DNA from: an uncultured Desulfonema sp.
GTDB taxonomy: Bacteria; Desulfobacterota; Desulfobacteria; Desulfobacterales; Desulfosalsimonadaceae
DNA: 34,053 nucleotides
Reading direction: 5' to 3'
NCBI GenBank assembly: GCA_964522535.1
Contig: CAZFWD010000064.1
Span: forward strand, 1-34,053
The translations under genes were made by a program, and so were the position numbers. Below the pieces are notes generated by a model that ran no database searches, was not told the origin of the DNA, and saw nothing but the letters and a program-made list of their open reading frames with translations. Shown piece after piece: positions 9,254 to 19,334 of this stretch. Positions within the stretch are counted from its first letter, which is position 1. Each line of letters begins with the position of its first letter.

Positions 9254-9299
9254 CGGGGCCGGAAATCGAATAAGCCATCGATACCGGCCCCGTTTTTTT
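9254..9299 (+). terminator. Rho-independent terminator after hup
   Basis: A 9-bp GC stem (CGGGGCCGG 9254-9262 pairing with CCGGCCCCG 9284-9292) is followed by T7 at 9293-9299. It sits between the convergent hup and acyP genes. Confidence 0.8.
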
Positions 9300-9315
9300 G
9301 TCTTCTGGTTTTCGT

Positions 9316-9600
9316 CTAGATATACCGAATCCTAAAATCAGCGTACTTTCCCGTGTGGGCTTCTTTGCATACCTCGACTTCGGTCACGGAGGCCAGGGGT
9401 GGGCCTTTTCCGCACCACTTGAGGATTTCATCCACCCGTTGCGCCTCGCCTTCAAAAACAGCCTCCACCCGGCCGTCACGCATGTTGCGCACCCATCCGG
9501 AAACACCGATTCTGTCGGCTGCGCGTTCGGCTTCCATTCGAAAGCAGACCCCCTGAACCCTTCCGCTGATTCGGGCGCGAACCCTTACCTTCTCGGTCAT
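9316..9600 (-). CDS. acyP: Acylphosphatase
   Basis: The 94-aa ORF has the ISGRVQGVCFR motif and the typical acylphosphatase size. Confidence 0.9.
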   Translation of the reverse strand: MTEKVRVRARISGRVQGVCFRMEAERAADRIGVSGWVRNMRDGRVEAVFEGEAQRVDEILKWCGKGPPLASVTEVEVCKEAHTGKYADFRIRYI

Positions 9601-9603
9601 GCA

Positions 9604-11667
9604 TTATCCCTTCAAAAATTTGTCGGCTATGCCCGTCGGCTGTGTTGTAGCGAGCAGTTCCATAAACGCCGGTTCACTCAGGGTTTGAATCCCCCGCTTT
9701 CGAGCCTCGGAAAGCTTTGAGCCAGGGTCTTCGCCCACGATTAAATAATCGGTGTGACCGGTGACCGACCCGGTCACCGTCCCCCCGGCGGCCTCGATCA
9801 GATGCTTCGCGTGGGAACGGGTCATGGACGCCAGTTTCCCGGTGATCACAAATGTTTTTCCGGCAAGCGGCTGATCTTTTGTTTCCAGGGCATCCGGACG
9901 TATCTTCACGCCGTTTTTAAGCATCTTCTGAATGCTGTTTAAGTTCTGCGTCTGGCCGAAAAAGGCTGAAATGCTGTTTGCCACCACCGGTCCTACCCCT
10001 TGGATCGCCTCGAGCCTTTCCGGTGCCGCGGACAGGATCGCCTCGATATCCTTCAGTTCATGGGATAAAATCTTTGCGACATGCTCGCCGACATGCCGGA
10101 TCCCCAGGGCGATCAAAAACCGCGACAGACTGATCCGCTTGCTGTTTTCAATGGCCAAAATCAGATTCTGGGCCGATTTCTCGCCCATCCCCTCAAGCGG
10201 CTTGAGGCTGTCGGCGGTCAAATCAAAAATATCCGCATAGGATGAAAGCAGCCCCGCCTCCACCAGCTGATCTACCCGTTTCTCGCCCAGCCCGTCGATG
10301 TCAAGAGCCGGCTTGGACGCAAAATGCCGAATGTGGCCTTTGACCTGCGCCGGACAGGCCGCGTTGATACATCGGGTAACCGCCTCCCCAGTGAGGCGGA
10401 CAACGGTCGCACCGCAGATCGGGCATGAACGCGGCATTTGAAAAGGTTTTTCCGTACCGTTCCGGCCCGAAGCGACGACCTTGACGACCTCCGGAATGAC
10501 ATCGCCGGCCCGCTGGACAAACACCGTATCCCCGATTCGAATATCCTTTTTTTGGATTTCGTCGGGATTGTGAAGGGTGGCCCGGGTCACCACGGCCCCG
10601 CCCACGCGCACCGGCTCAAGGTGCGCCACCGGGGTCAGAGCGCCGGTGCGGCCGACCTGAACCTGAATATCAAGGACCCGGGTGGTCTCCTGGGTGGCCT
10701 TAAACTTGACCGCAATCGCCCATCGCGGGCTTCGGGAGGTTGATCCCAGCCGGGCCTGAAAAGAAAAACGGTCCACCTTGACCACCATTCCGTCCATCTC
10801 ATAGGGGATCTGATCCCGCTTTTCCTCAAGCTCCCGGTAAAAAGTCAAAACCTCACCGGATTGAATCCTCGGCCGAATCAAGGGGTTTACTCGAAAACCG
10901 TATTTCTTTAAAATTTCCAGGGACTCGGCGTGGGAGTCGGTGTTCAGGCCGTCAGAATCGCCGACGCCATACACATAGATTTCAAGCGGCCTTCGAGCGG
11001 TTTCGCCGGAATCGAGCTGGCGCAGGGACCCGGCGGCGGCGTTTCTCGGGTTGGCAAAAAGCGGCAGGTCCTGTTTGAGGCGCTGTTCATTGAGCAGACT
11101 GAAATTTTCCTTGGTGATAAACACCTCGCCCCGGATCTCAAGCAGCGGAGGAACCGGCGTATTCGAAACCGCTTGAAGAAGCAGGGGTGCGGTGGGAATG
11201 GTTTTAACGTTTGATGTGATGACCTCGCCGGTTTCGCCGTCCCCGCGGGTGGAAGCCAGAGCCAGTCGCCTGTTTTCATACACCAGTTCAACCGCAATGC
11301 CGTCTATTTTGGGCTCGGCGGTATATAGCACCTCGACATCGGTGTTTAAGGTTTTTTTCACCCGCTGATCAAAGCTGATAAAATCGCCTTCATTAAACCC
11401 CTTGTCAAGGCTCTGCATGGGATGACGGTGCGCCACAGTCTCAAACCGCTCAAGGGGCGGCGATCCCACCCGCTGGGAAGGGGAGTCCGGACTTGCGAGC
11501 TCGGGCCAGCGGGCTTCAAGCGCAATCAGCGCCTTCATCATCCGGTCGTATTCCGCATCGGAAATCTCCGGATCGTCCAGCACAAAATACCGAAAGTTGT
11601 GCCGGTGAAGCTCCCGACGCAGAATATCCACCTGTTTTGCCACCTCAGGGTCTATGCTGCGCGTCAT
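9604..11667 (-). CDS. ligA: NAD-dependent DNA ligase
   Basis: 687 aa with the adenylation motif KIDGIA, OB fold, Cys4 zinc finger (CPICG...C...AC), HhH repeats and a C-terminal BRCT (GKTFVITG). Confidence 0.95.
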   Translation of the reverse strand: MTRSIDPEVAKQVDILRRELHRHNFRYFVLDDPEISDAEYDRMMKALIALEARWPELASPDSPSQRVGSPPLERFETVAHRHPMQSLDKGFNEGDFISFDQRVKKTLNTDVEVLYTAEPKIDGIAVELVYENRRLALASTRGDGETGEVITSNVKTIPTAPLLLQAVSNTPVPPLLEIRGEVFITKENFSLLNEQRLKQDLPLFANPRNAAAGSLRQLDSGETARRPLEIYVYGVGDSDGLNTDSHAESLEILKKYGFRVNPLIRPRIQSGEVLTFYRELEEKRDQIPYEMDGMVVKVDRFSFQARLGSTSRSPRWAIAVKFKATQETTRVLDIQVQVGRTGALTPVAHLEPVRVGGAVVTRATLHNPDEIQKKDIRIGDTVFVQRAGDVIPEVVKVVASGRNGTEKPFQMPRSCPICGATVVRLTGEAVTRCINAACPAQVKGHIRHFASKPALDIDGLGEKRVDQLVEAGLLSSYADIFDLTADSLKPLEGMGEKSAQNLILAIENSKRISLSRFLIALGIRHVGEHVAKILSHELKDIEAILSAAPERLEAIQGVGPVVANSISAFFGQTQNLNSIQKMLKNGVKIRPDALETKDQPLAGKTFVITGKLASMTRSHAKHLIEAAGGTVTGSVTGHTDYLIVGEDPGSKLSEARKRGIQTLSEPAFMELLATTQPTGIADKFLKG

Positions 11668-11675
11668 TCAATCCC

Positions 11676-12461
11676 CTATGAAAATACAGGGCTTGGATTC
11701 AATATCATATCCCGAAGCAGTTCACAGACCGCCCGTCGGCTTTTGATAAAGCCGGGGGCTGAAAACCCCCGAACCCATGCGCCGGCGGACAGCTCGTCCG
11801 ATACCACGAGAATGCTCCCCACATCCACGGAACGGAAAAGACCCACGGAAAACAAGGCGGCGGCCTCCATCTCAACCGCGAGCGCCCGCCGCTTCAGATA
11901 AAGTCCTACCTTTTTTTGAGTCTCCCGGAAAACCGCATCGGTGGACCATATCCTTCCCTCGTGAAATCTGATTTTTCTATCGGTCAATCGATTTTTTATC
12001 CGCCGCTGAAGGGCCGCTGAAGGGAATACCTCCCCTGCCCCCTCTTGTATGTAATTTTTCGAGGTTCCATCATCGATGAGCGCGGATGCGGGAAGAACCA
12101 CCTCGCCGATATGGACGTCGGCGGATACGGCGCCGCACCAGCCGAAAAAAATGATTTCCCGAGCCCCCCGAGAGATGGCGATCTCCTGAAGGATCACGGC
12201 ATAGGGCGCACCGATAAAAGGCCCCATGAGGCTGAAGCCTCTTTTCCCTGTTTTCCCTTGAACGAGGCGGCTGATCAGAAGTTTGCGGGAATTCATTCCC
12301 TTTGTCCGCATCAAGCGGCAAAGGGACTGCATATCCGCCGGATGGCTGACCATCACACACCTCTCAGCAATGGCGCACCGCAGCCCTCCGACTGAGGGCG
12401 TTATGAAGGCGTCATTGTTTTTCATAACCCGTGGCGATAGGCCCCCCATCAAAATTGACAT
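11676..12461 (-). CDS. Nucleoside phosphorylase family protein (PNP/UDP-1 fold; uridine/purine nucleoside phosphorylase-like)
   Basis: GAPYAVILQEIAISRGAREIIFFGWCGAV...GEVVLP...VEMEAAALF resembles the DeoD/Udp-type fold signature. The exact start (ATG 12461 or a downstream ATG) is uncertain. Confidence 0.75.
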   Translation of the reverse strand: MSILMGGLSPRVMKNNDAFITPSVGGLRCAIAERCVMVSHPADMQSLCRLMRTKGMNSRKLLISRLVQGKTGKRGFSLMGPFIGAPYAVILQEIAISRGAREIIFFGWCGAVSADVHIGEVVLPASALIDDGTSKNYIQEGAGEVFPSAALQRRIKNRLTDRKIRFHEGRIWSTDAVFRETQKKVGLYLKRRALAVEMEAAALFSVGLFRSVDVGSILVVSDELSAGAWVRGFSAPGFIKSRRAVCELLRDMILNPSPVFS

Positions 12462-12470
12462 AACGACATA

Positions 12471-12731
12471 TTATTCCACGGGATGCGCAAGGGCGGCAAG
12501 CTCCTCCTTGACCTCGTCGATCATTTCATAAAGCCACATGACATCCTCGATGGTGAGGCGGCCCGCCTTCACGGTCCGGCCCTTGCTTCCATCGGGCTTG
12601 ATGATGATACGCGGCCCGATCTGGAGTTTGGGCTCGCCGTCCCCGTATTGGTTGATGGAGATTACCAACCCGGTTTCTCCGCATTCCCATTTTTTCAATA
12701 CCCTGTCCTTTTCAGGATCGTATCCTGCCAT
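12471..12731 (-). CDS. Small conserved protein, possibly a PC4/YdbC-like ssDNA-binding fold
   Basis: The 86-aa ORF is tightly packed between glyS and the phosphorylase gene. The segment ISINQYGDGEPKLQIGPR...KAGRLTIEDVMWL resembles, from memory, the pattern of bacterial PC4-like YdbC proteins. The functional call is tentative. Confidence 0.6.
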   Translation of the reverse strand: MAGYDPEKDRVLKKWECGETGLVISINQYGDGEPKLQIGPRIIIKPDGSKGRTVKAGRLTIEDVMWLYEMIDEVKEELAALAHPVE

Positions 12732-12766
12732 TGGACAATCCTCCGTTCGTCTGTATCAATGAATGC

Positions 12767-14851
12767 CTATGTTGAGATCTTCGAAAAATCGACCAGCCGT
12801 TCAAAAAGCCCGGCGATCTGGCCCAAAAGGGCCAGACGGTTTCGTCGAAGCCTCGCATCGTCAACCATCACCATCACATCATCAAAAAACCGGTCCACCG
12901 ATCCCCGCAGGGTTGCGATCGCCGCAAAGGACCCCTCGATATCCCCATGGCTCAAACCATTCAGGACCTCGGCGTTTACAGCGGTGAACTTTTCATAAAG
13001 GCGGTTTTCCGATTCATGGGCGAAAAGGGCGGGGTCGACCTGCCGAGATTCGGTTTCCAGGGGATCGGCCTTTTTGATGATGTTGACCACCCGCTTGAAC
13101 CCGATCGCCAAAACCTCAAAATCCGGCTGCTGCTTTAACCGCTGAAGCGCATGCGCCCTTTTCCAGGTATCCGGAATAAACTCCCCGGAAACCGATAAAA
13201 CCGCGGAAACCGAATCCTTGGAAATGCCCGCCTCTTCAAGAAGGTGCGCCATCCGGCCTTTTAAAAACTCATGGGCGCCGTCCGCCGCCCGGACGTTCTC
13301 CGTTGCTTGTCGAGCACTGAACAGAGACATGCTCAGATCAATGATTTTTCTGATAGAAAACGAAAAGCCCTTCTCAAGCGCGATCTGGATAAGACCGATG
13401 CCCTGCCGTCGAAGAGCATAGGGGTCCGATGTACCGGTGGGAATAAGGCCGGCGCTGAAGCAGCCGCATAAGGTATCGATCTTGTCCGCAATGCTGAGAA
13501 TGGCCCCTTCCACGGTTTCAGGAAGCAGGCCGCCGGAAGCGGTGGGACGATAATGCTCTTCGATGGCAGCGGCCAGGTTGGCGGGTTCACCCGCTGCGAT
13601 AGCGTAAATCCTGCCCATGGTTCCCTGAAGCTTTGGGAACTCGATCACCACGTGACTGACCAAATCGGCCTTGCACAGCCGTGCCGCCCTGGAAATCCGA
13701 TCGACAACGGCCTGATCAAGGTTCAGCGCCTCGGCCATGGCCAGGGCGAGCTTCTCAACCCGCCGGGTCTTATCGTAAACCGAGCCGAGCTCGGCCTGAA
13801 AGACCACGGACCTCAAGCGTTGAGCGAATTCCTCAAGGGAAACCTTTAAATCGCTGTTGAAAAAAAACTGGGCGTCTTCGAGCCGGGCCTTCAGCACCCG
13901 CTCATGCCCCCTTGCGACCAGGGACATGTCCGCAGTCAGGGTATTGTTTACCGCCACAAAAAAAGGCATCAGGGCATCCGACCGGTCGACGACCGCAAAA
14001 TACTTCTGGTGCTCCCGCATGGCGGTAATCAGGATCTCTGAGGGCAGGTTAAGATATTTCGCATCGAACCTGCCGATCACCGCAGCGGGATACTCAATCA
14101 GGTTCGCCACGGTATCGACGAGCTCCGAATCCGGCAGCACCCGACCGCCGGCTTCTTCTGCGGCTTTCGACATCTGCTCTTTCATTACCGCCTTGCGCTG
14201 GTCAATGTCCGCCAGCACCCGTGCGGCGGATAACCGATCCAGGTACTGATCGGGGGATTGCAGCCTGATCCGCTGGGGATGCATGAACCGGTGACCGCGG
14301 ATAAACCTTCCGGCTTTGATATTTCCCACCTGAAACGGAATCGGGTTTTTTCCAAACATCGCGCAGATACTATGAATCGGTCGGGCAAACCCGATCCTAA
14401 GATCCGACCAGCGCATGGTTTTTGGAAACGGAATGGAAAGGATCAGATCCGGAAGGATATCTTTTAAAACGGTTTTGGTCAAAAGACCCCGCTCGGTTTT
14501 GCCGGCATACACATACCGTCCGCGATCCGTCTCCTTCACCGTCAGCGCGGTTACCGGCACACCGATTTTTTGGGCGAACTTTTGAGCGACGGCCGTCGGC
14601 CCGCCGAAGGCGTCAAAGGCGATGCGCACCGGCGGCCCCATGATCTCCGTCGTCAGGGATGCCTGCCTTTCAGCCACGTCGTCGACAAAAACGGCAAGAC
14701 GCCTGGGCGTTCCATAGGTTTTTATCTTTCCGTGTCCGATTCGAGCGTTTCGCATCCTTTCCGACAAAACGGATGACAAAAAATCCAGCGCCGGCAGAAT
14801 ATATCCCGCGGGAATCTCCTCGGTTCCGATTTCAAGCAACAACTGCGTCAT
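12767..14851 (-). CDS. glyS: Glycine--tRNA ligase beta subunit
   Basis: MTQLLLEIGTEEIPAGY is the canonical GlyS N-terminus. The ORF-track start at 14968 would overlap glyQ. ATG 14851 follows an AGGAAAG SD and leaves a 26-nt gap after the glyQ stop. Confidence 0.93.
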   Translation of the reverse strand: MTQLLLEIGTEEIPAGYILPALDFLSSVLSERMRNARIGHGKIKTYGTPRRLAVFVDDVAERQASLTTEIMGPPVRIAFDAFGGPTAVAQKFAQKIGVPVTALTVKETDRGRYVYAGKTERGLLTKTVLKDILPDLILSIPFPKTMRWSDLRIGFARPIHSICAMFGKNPIPFQVGNIKAGRFIRGHRFMHPQRIRLQSPDQYLDRLSAARVLADIDQRKAVMKEQMSKAAEEAGGRVLPDSELVDTVANLIEYPAAVIGRFDAKYLNLPSEILITAMREHQKYFAVVDRSDALMPFFVAVNNTLTADMSLVARGHERVLKARLEDAQFFFNSDLKVSLEEFAQRLRSVVFQAELGSVYDKTRRVEKLALAMAEALNLDQAVVDRISRAARLCKADLVSHVVIEFPKLQGTMGRIYAIAAGEPANLAAAIEEHYRPTASGGLLPETVEGAILSIADKIDTLCGCFSAGLIPTGTSDPYALRRQGIGLIQIALEKGFSFSIRKIIDLSMSLFSARQATENVRAADGAHEFLKGRMAHLLEEAGISKDSVSAVLSVSGEFIPDTWKRAHALQRLKQQPDFEVLAIGFKRVVNIIKKADPLETESRQVDPALFAHESENRLYEKFTAVNAEVLNGLSHGDIEGSFAAIATLRGSVDRFFDDVMVMVDDARLRRNRLALLGQIAGLFERLVDFSKIST

Positions 14852-14877
14852 ATTCTTTCCTGTGACAAGCTCCCTGT

Positions 14878-15777
14878 TTATGGCCGATGCGAAAGGCGAA
14901 ACAATCCGTCCGGCTGAATCAGGGGAAAGCCCATTTCCTTCCGTTGCGCGATATACCCATCGGCACACGCCCGGGCCAGATTCCGAATCCGGGCGATATA
15001 GCCGGTTCGCTCGGTCACGCTGATCGCCCCGCGGGCGTCGAGAAGATTAAACACGTGGGAACACTTCAGGCAGTATTCATAGGCCGGAATCACCAACCCC
15101 TTTTGAATGGTATCCCTGGATTCGGCCTCATACCTTTGGAAGCGATCAAACAGCGTATCGACGTTCGCGGCCTCAAAATTATAGACGGACTGTTCCACCT
15201 CCTGCTGATGAAACAGCTCGCCATAGGTGATCTTCCGGTTCCAGTTCAGTTCAAAAACGTTATCCACGCCTTGAAGGTACATGCAGATGCGTTCAAGCCC
15301 GTATGTGATTTCGACGGAAACCGGATGCACATCGATGCTGCCCGCCATCTGAAAATAAGTGAACTGGGAAATCTCCATTCCGTCCAGCCAGACCTCCCAG
15401 CCGAGGCCTGAGGCCCCAAGGGTCGGGGATTCCCAATCGTCCTCGACAAAACGGATGTCATGCGCCAGGGGTTTGATCCCCAAACCCTGAAGGCTCTGCA
15501 GGTACTGCTGCTGGACATCGATGGGCGAAGGTTTCAGGATGACCTGAAACTGATAATAATGCTGCAACCGATACGGATTTTCACCGTAACGCCCGTCGGT
15601 GGGCCGCCGGGAGGGCTGCACATAGGCCACGTGCCAGGGTTCGGGCCCGAGCGCCCGCAACAAAGTGACGGGATGAAACGTACCGGCGCCGACCTCCATG
15701 TCATAGGGTTGAATCAGCGCGCACCCCTTTTTCGCCCAGAACCTTTGAAGATTAAGGATCACATCCTGAAAATACAT
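14878..15777 (-). CDS. glyQ: Glycine--tRNA ligase alpha subunit
   Basis: [19 protein letters not shown]...[26 protein letters not shown] is the highly conserved GlyQ sequence. The start was trimmed to ATG 15777, which is preceded by GGGGAAGGAAAG. Confidence 0.95.
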   Translation of the reverse strand: MYFQDVILNLQRFWAKKGCALIQPYDMEVGAGTFHPVTLLRALGPEPWHVAYVQPSRRPTDGRYGENPYRLQHYYQFQVILKPSPIDVQQQYLQSLQGLGIKPLAHDIRFVEDDWESPTLGASGLGWEVWLDGMEISQFTYFQMAGSIDVHPVSVEITYGLERICMYLQGVDNVFELNWNRKITYGELFHQQEVEQSVYNFEAANVDTLFDRFQRYEAESRDTIQKGLVIPAYEYCLKCSHVFNLLDARGAISVTERTGYIARIRNLARACADGYIAQRKEMGFPLIQPDGLFRLSHRP

Positions 15778-15839
15778 CTTTCCTTCCCCGCGTGAACGTT
15801 TCCATCGCGAATCCGCTGGTGTTTCCTGATCCGCCCTGT

Positions 15840-16895
15840 TCATCCCCCCTGAAGGCCGGCCCCATCAACCCCGAAGTTCAGCAGCATGCCGCCGGGACTT
15901 CCCGACAGAATCGCTTCCCAGAAGGACTTCAGACCGGAAATATTTTCCGCCTCTCCCAAAGCCCATACGCAACCCCCACCCCCGGCGCCGGTAAACCGGG
16001 CCCCACAATGATGATCCACCGCCGCGCCAAACAGCCTTCTTCCGGTATCATCCAGAACATCCGGGGTCATCTTCAAGCGGATGCCGGTTTCGCGGTTCAT
16101 CAGCCGGGCGGCTTGAGCAAAATCAGCCGAAAAAAAGGCCTGAATAAAGTCGTTTGTGCAGATGACGACCTCAACCCATTCGGCTTTGTGCTTACCGGAC
16201 AAAAACTGTTTCACCCATCGGCTGTTGATATTCCGGGACTCATGAGGAACCCCGCAATAGGCGAGCAGCAGATGCCTTCCCAGGTTTTCTTGGATTTCAG
16301 TGTCTGTAAGGGCTTTACGGATAAACCCCTCGGGGGCGCCGTTTCCCCTCCAGGTCCAGGCGTTGACCCCTCCGTATGCGGCGGCCAGCTGATCCTGAAG
16401 CCCGCAAGGAATGCCCGCCACGCTCTCCTCGATGGCATGCGCCAGCAGGGGGATACGGTCAAGCGGAATCCCGGGCCGGCCCAGCTTTTCATATAGTTGA
16501 TTAAACGCCGCGATCAGGGCGACGGCGGCCGCGGAAGAACCGCCCAGGGCGCTCCTGGGCGGAGACGCGGATTCGATGTGAATATGGATCCCGTCGATTC
16601 GAAAATGAGCGGCGATGGCGAAGATAAGCCCCAGGGGATGATCAAACGGCAGCGCTTCCATTGGGTATTCACAGGCATCAAACCCTTCCGAGGAAACCCT
16701 TACTTTACCTTTTTGGAAAGGGGTGACGGAAACATGCGTGCGCAAATCCACAGCGATATTGAATGTGGACGGATGAAGGTATGCCAGCGGGTAATAAAAG
16801 GTGGCGATATCAAGGGTTCCGCCCATATCCAGGCGGCAGGGGGCGCTTGCGGCGATGGCCTCCCTTTCCAGTGTCTCGTAGATCTGCTTGTCCAT
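15840..16895 (-). CDS. GHMP-family sugar kinase (HddA/fucokinase-like, COG2605-type)
   Basis: GHMP motif [19 protein letters not shown], plus [12 protein letters not shown] and GAGGGG motifs. The start was trimmed to ATG 16895 (MDKQIYETL) because the longer ORF overlaps recO. Confidence 0.85.
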   Translation of the reverse strand: MDKQIYETLEREAIAASAPCRLDMGGTLDIATFYYPLAYLHPSTFNIAVDLRTHVSVTPFQKGKVRVSSEGFDACEYPMEALPFDHPLGLIFAIAAHFRIDGIHIHIESASPPRSALGGSSAAAVALIAAFNQLYEKLGRPGIPLDRIPLLAHAIEESVAGIPCGLQDQLAAAYGGVNAWTWRGNGAPEGFIRKALTDTEIQENLGRHLLLAYCGVPHESRNINSRWVKQFLSGKHKAEWVEVVICTNDFIQAFFSADFAQAARLMNRETGIRLKMTPDVLDDTGRRLFGAAVDHHCGARFTGAGGGGCVWALGEAENISGLKSFWEAILSGSPGGMLLNFGVDGAGLQGG

Positions 16896-16930
16896 TAGTA
16901 TCCCAGGACCCCGGCGGTCATGGCCGAAGG

Positions 16931-17692
16931 TCACCGAACGCTCTTTAAAAATTTCAGACTCTTGGGCTCCTTGCCCAGATGATACGGCACAAAACGTTCC
17001 AGAAAGTTCAACCCTTCCGACAACGCCTGCGGGGTGAACTTCAGCCGTTGAATGGTTTCCAAACGGTTGTTTTGAACCCACAGAAGCTGCTTCACCGTTC
17101 CCCGGGAAAGGTGCAAGTGGCATGATGCGGCTGTCGAACATCCTTGACACACCAGGCCACCCTTTGCAAGCTCAAAAATCAACCGATCCTCTCGAAGCTT
17201 TTCCACGCCGGTCTTACAGCAGCAACAGCCCGTCAGATTGGGCGCGAGGCCCGAAAGGGTCAAAAACCGCATCTGAAAAATAATGCTTGCCGACTCCTCG
17301 GGCATCTGCCCGGCGTCCAGCGCTTGCAGGCAGTAGGCCAAAAGCTCATAAATCCGGGGCTGCGGCTTTCCCTCCTCAAGCCAGAGATTTAAGAGTTCCG
17401 CCCAATAGCTGGCATAAGCCGTCTTTTTAATATTCCCCCGTATTCCTGAAAAGGGGCCTTCCAAGGAGGCTTCCTGCAAAACCGGCATGCCGCGGCCGCG
17501 GGTTTTCGTGCAGACCAGGTTTAACTTCGAAAAAAGCTCCAACACCCCGGAAAACCGCTTTCGACTTTTCTGCGCATACTTGGCGATGATGGTCAGTTTT
17601 CCCTGGGTCAAAGCCAAAAAGGTAACGATCAGATCGTAATCGCCGTGCGGAATCCGTTTAAGCAGAATGGCGGGGGTTGAAAAGCCGGACAT
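16931..17692 (-). CDS. recO: DNA repair protein RecO
   Basis: 253 aa with an N-terminal OB region (AILLKRIPHGDYDLIVTFL) and a Cys-rich zinc motif (CCCCKTG...CQGC), consistent with the RecO size and layout. Confidence 0.88.
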   Translation of the reverse strand: MSGFSTPAILLKRIPHGDYDLIVTFLALTQGKLTIIAKYAQKSRKRFSGVLELFSKLNLVCTKTRGRGMPVLQEASLEGPFSGIRGNIKKTAYASYWAELLNLWLEEGKPQPRIYELLAYCLQALDAGQMPEESASIIFQMRFLTLSGLAPNLTGCCCCKTGVEKLREDRLIFELAKGGLVCQGCSTAASCHLHLSRGTVKQLLWVQNNRLETIQRLKFTPQALSEGLNFLERFVPYHLGKEPKSLKFLKSVR

Positions 17693-17718
17693 GATCTTGA
17701 TTACCGGGAGGTCGACGC

Positions 17719-18720
17719 TTATCTGATAATTTTAATGTCGGCGTTTTTTCGAAGTTCTTCGATCCAGGCGGCAAATTTTTCATTCACGGACTGGTCGTAG
17801 AGTTTTCTTAAAATCTCGTCGGAGGCCTCCTCCAGTGATTTTCCAGGAACATCCGCGATCCCTTCAACATAAAATATCTGGTATCCCTGATCGGTTTCAA
17901 CAATCGAAGAGAACTCCCCCGCCGCCATCCCCTGAACCGCAGCCTGAATATTTTCCGAAAGCTCATCCAAAGCGAAAATCCCGAGCGCACCGCCGTCCGC
18001 GGCGTTGACCGCCTGCGAATATTTTTTTGCCGTTTCTTCAAAGGGTGCCCCTTGCGCCAATTCGGCCAGAATGTTTTCCATTTGAAGGCAGACCGACTCC
18101 GGGGTCTCCGCATCTGAAAGCGAAGGGTAAGGCATCATGATATTTTTCAACCGGTAGTGCTTTTTCGGGGAATAATCCTCGATATGGCTGTCATAGTAGG
18201 CCTTGATCTCCGTTTGGGTGATCACGATGTTCGACTTGACCCGGTAGTTGACCAGCTTGTTTCGAAGGATCTGTTTTTTAATCTCTTGTCTGTACCGGGT
18301 CATATCCAGGCCGGTCGCCGCCAGACCCCGCCTGAAATCCTCGTCCGTGTAACGGTTGATGTCCTTAATCTGTTCAATGGTGTTATCGATCTCCTCTTCG
18401 CTGACCATGATGCCGGTGCTTTGAATCTCCTGCTCCGCAAGCGTGTCATCAATCAGACCGTTTAAGATTTCCATCCGCTGATTATAGATAATCTCCCGCT
18501 CCTCGATGGGGGAATACCCGTAGGCATGAATCTGCGCTTCATAGGGCGCAAACGCTTCGTTAAGCTCGGAAAGCTGGATGATATCATCATTAACCACAGC
18601 GACAATCCGATCAACGACCTCCGCGCAGTCGCATATCCGCGAAAGGCCGGGGAACGACGCGAACAGGCCCGCGAACGCCAATGTAATCATGAAACATGCT
18701 TTTTTCAGTAATCGATGCAT
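17719..18720 (-). CDS. Periplasmic chaperone / peptidyl-prolyl isomerase, SurA-like (SurA-N domain plus parvulin domain)
   Basis: Signal-peptide-like N-terminus, SurA-N-type VDRIVAVVNDDIIQLSELN, and a C-terminal parvulin-like segment (GGALGIF...GEFSSIVETDQGYQIFYV). Confidence 0.85.
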   Translation of the reverse strand: MHRLLKKACFMITLAFAGLFASFPGLSRICDCAEVVDRIVAVVNDDIIQLSELNEAFAPYEAQIHAYGYSPIEEREIIYNQRMEILNGLIDDTLAEQEIQSTGIMVSEEEIDNTIEQIKDINRYTDEDFRRGLAATGLDMTRYRQEIKKQILRNKLVNYRVKSNIVITQTEIKAYYDSHIEDYSPKKHYRLKNIMMPYPSLSDAETPESVCLQMENILAELAQGAPFEETAKKYSQAVNAADGGALGIFALDELSENIQAAVQGMAAGEFSSIVETDQGYQIFYVEGIADVPGKSLEEASDEILRKLYDQSVNEKFAAWIEELRKNADIKIIR

Positions 18721-18740
18721 ATGATATCCTTCAATGAATT

Positions 18741-19334
18741 TTAATTGTTAACAAATCCCGCAATATCCATCAAGATGTTTTTGGTCTCCGCCATCGCCCT
18801 GTCCGCCTTACGGTGGTCCATCCTGATCCTTAAGCTGTCGCTGGATGTAAACAAAAACCGATCAGGATTTGAATCAACCAGCGAAAAAAGTCCGGAAGGA
18901 TTTTTCTGATGAAGCGGGGAAAAAGAGAGAAGAACAAAACCGTCGGTCAAATCCAGTTTTTTGACACCCGCCTTGATGGACAGGACCTTGAGCATGATTT
19001 TTAATAAAAGGTTGTTCACCTCCCTGGGCGGGCTGCCGTAGCGGTCGGCAAGCTCGCGCTTAAAATCGGCGATTTCCTTTAACTGCCTCATGCGGGCCAG
19101 CCGACGATAGGCCAAAAGCCGCTGATCGATATCTGCAATATAGGACTCAGGGATAAATACCGACAGGGGCACATTGATTTCCGGCTCCAGGTTTTCCACG
19201 ACAGGCTCTCCCTTTAACCGGGCCACCGCCTCCTCCAGCAGGCCTAAAAACAGATCATAACCGACGGCGGCGATATGCCCGGACTGCTCAACACCCAGGG
19301 CCGCCCCACCCCCCCTGATTTTCAAATCACTCAT
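18741..19334 (-). CDS. mfd: Transcription-repair coupling factor Mfd, C-terminal fragment (TRG motif plus D7), separated from the rest by a frameshift
   Basis: MSDLKIRGGGAALGVEQSGHIAAVGYDLF matches the Mfd TRG region (D-L-x-I-R-G-x-G-x-x-L-G-x-x-Q-S-G). Its ATG overlaps the TGA of the upstream fragment (CCATGAGT). Confidence 0.85.
   Translation of the reverse strand: MSDLKIRGGGAALGVEQSGHIAAVGYDLFLGLLEEAVARLKGEPVVENLEPEINVPLSVFIPESYIADIDQRLLAYRRLARMRQLKEIADFKRELADRYGSPPREVNNLLLKIMLKVLSIKAGVKKLDLTDGFVLLSFSPLHQKNPSGLFSLVDSNPDRFLFTSSDSLRIRMDHRKADRAMAETKNILMDIAGFVNN

Noticed and set aside
16896-17150. N-terminal extensions of ORF-track entries: GHMP kinase to 17150, glyQ to 15843, glyS to 14968, the kinase-like protein to 2253, the GlmU-like gene to 32571, and the small membrane protein from 26407.
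   Set aside because: The extensions overlap the upstream gene, a terminator or a promoter. They begin at non-ATG or SD-less codons and add non-conserved Arg- and Gly-rich sequence. Internal ATGs with SD motifs give the canonical family N-termini.
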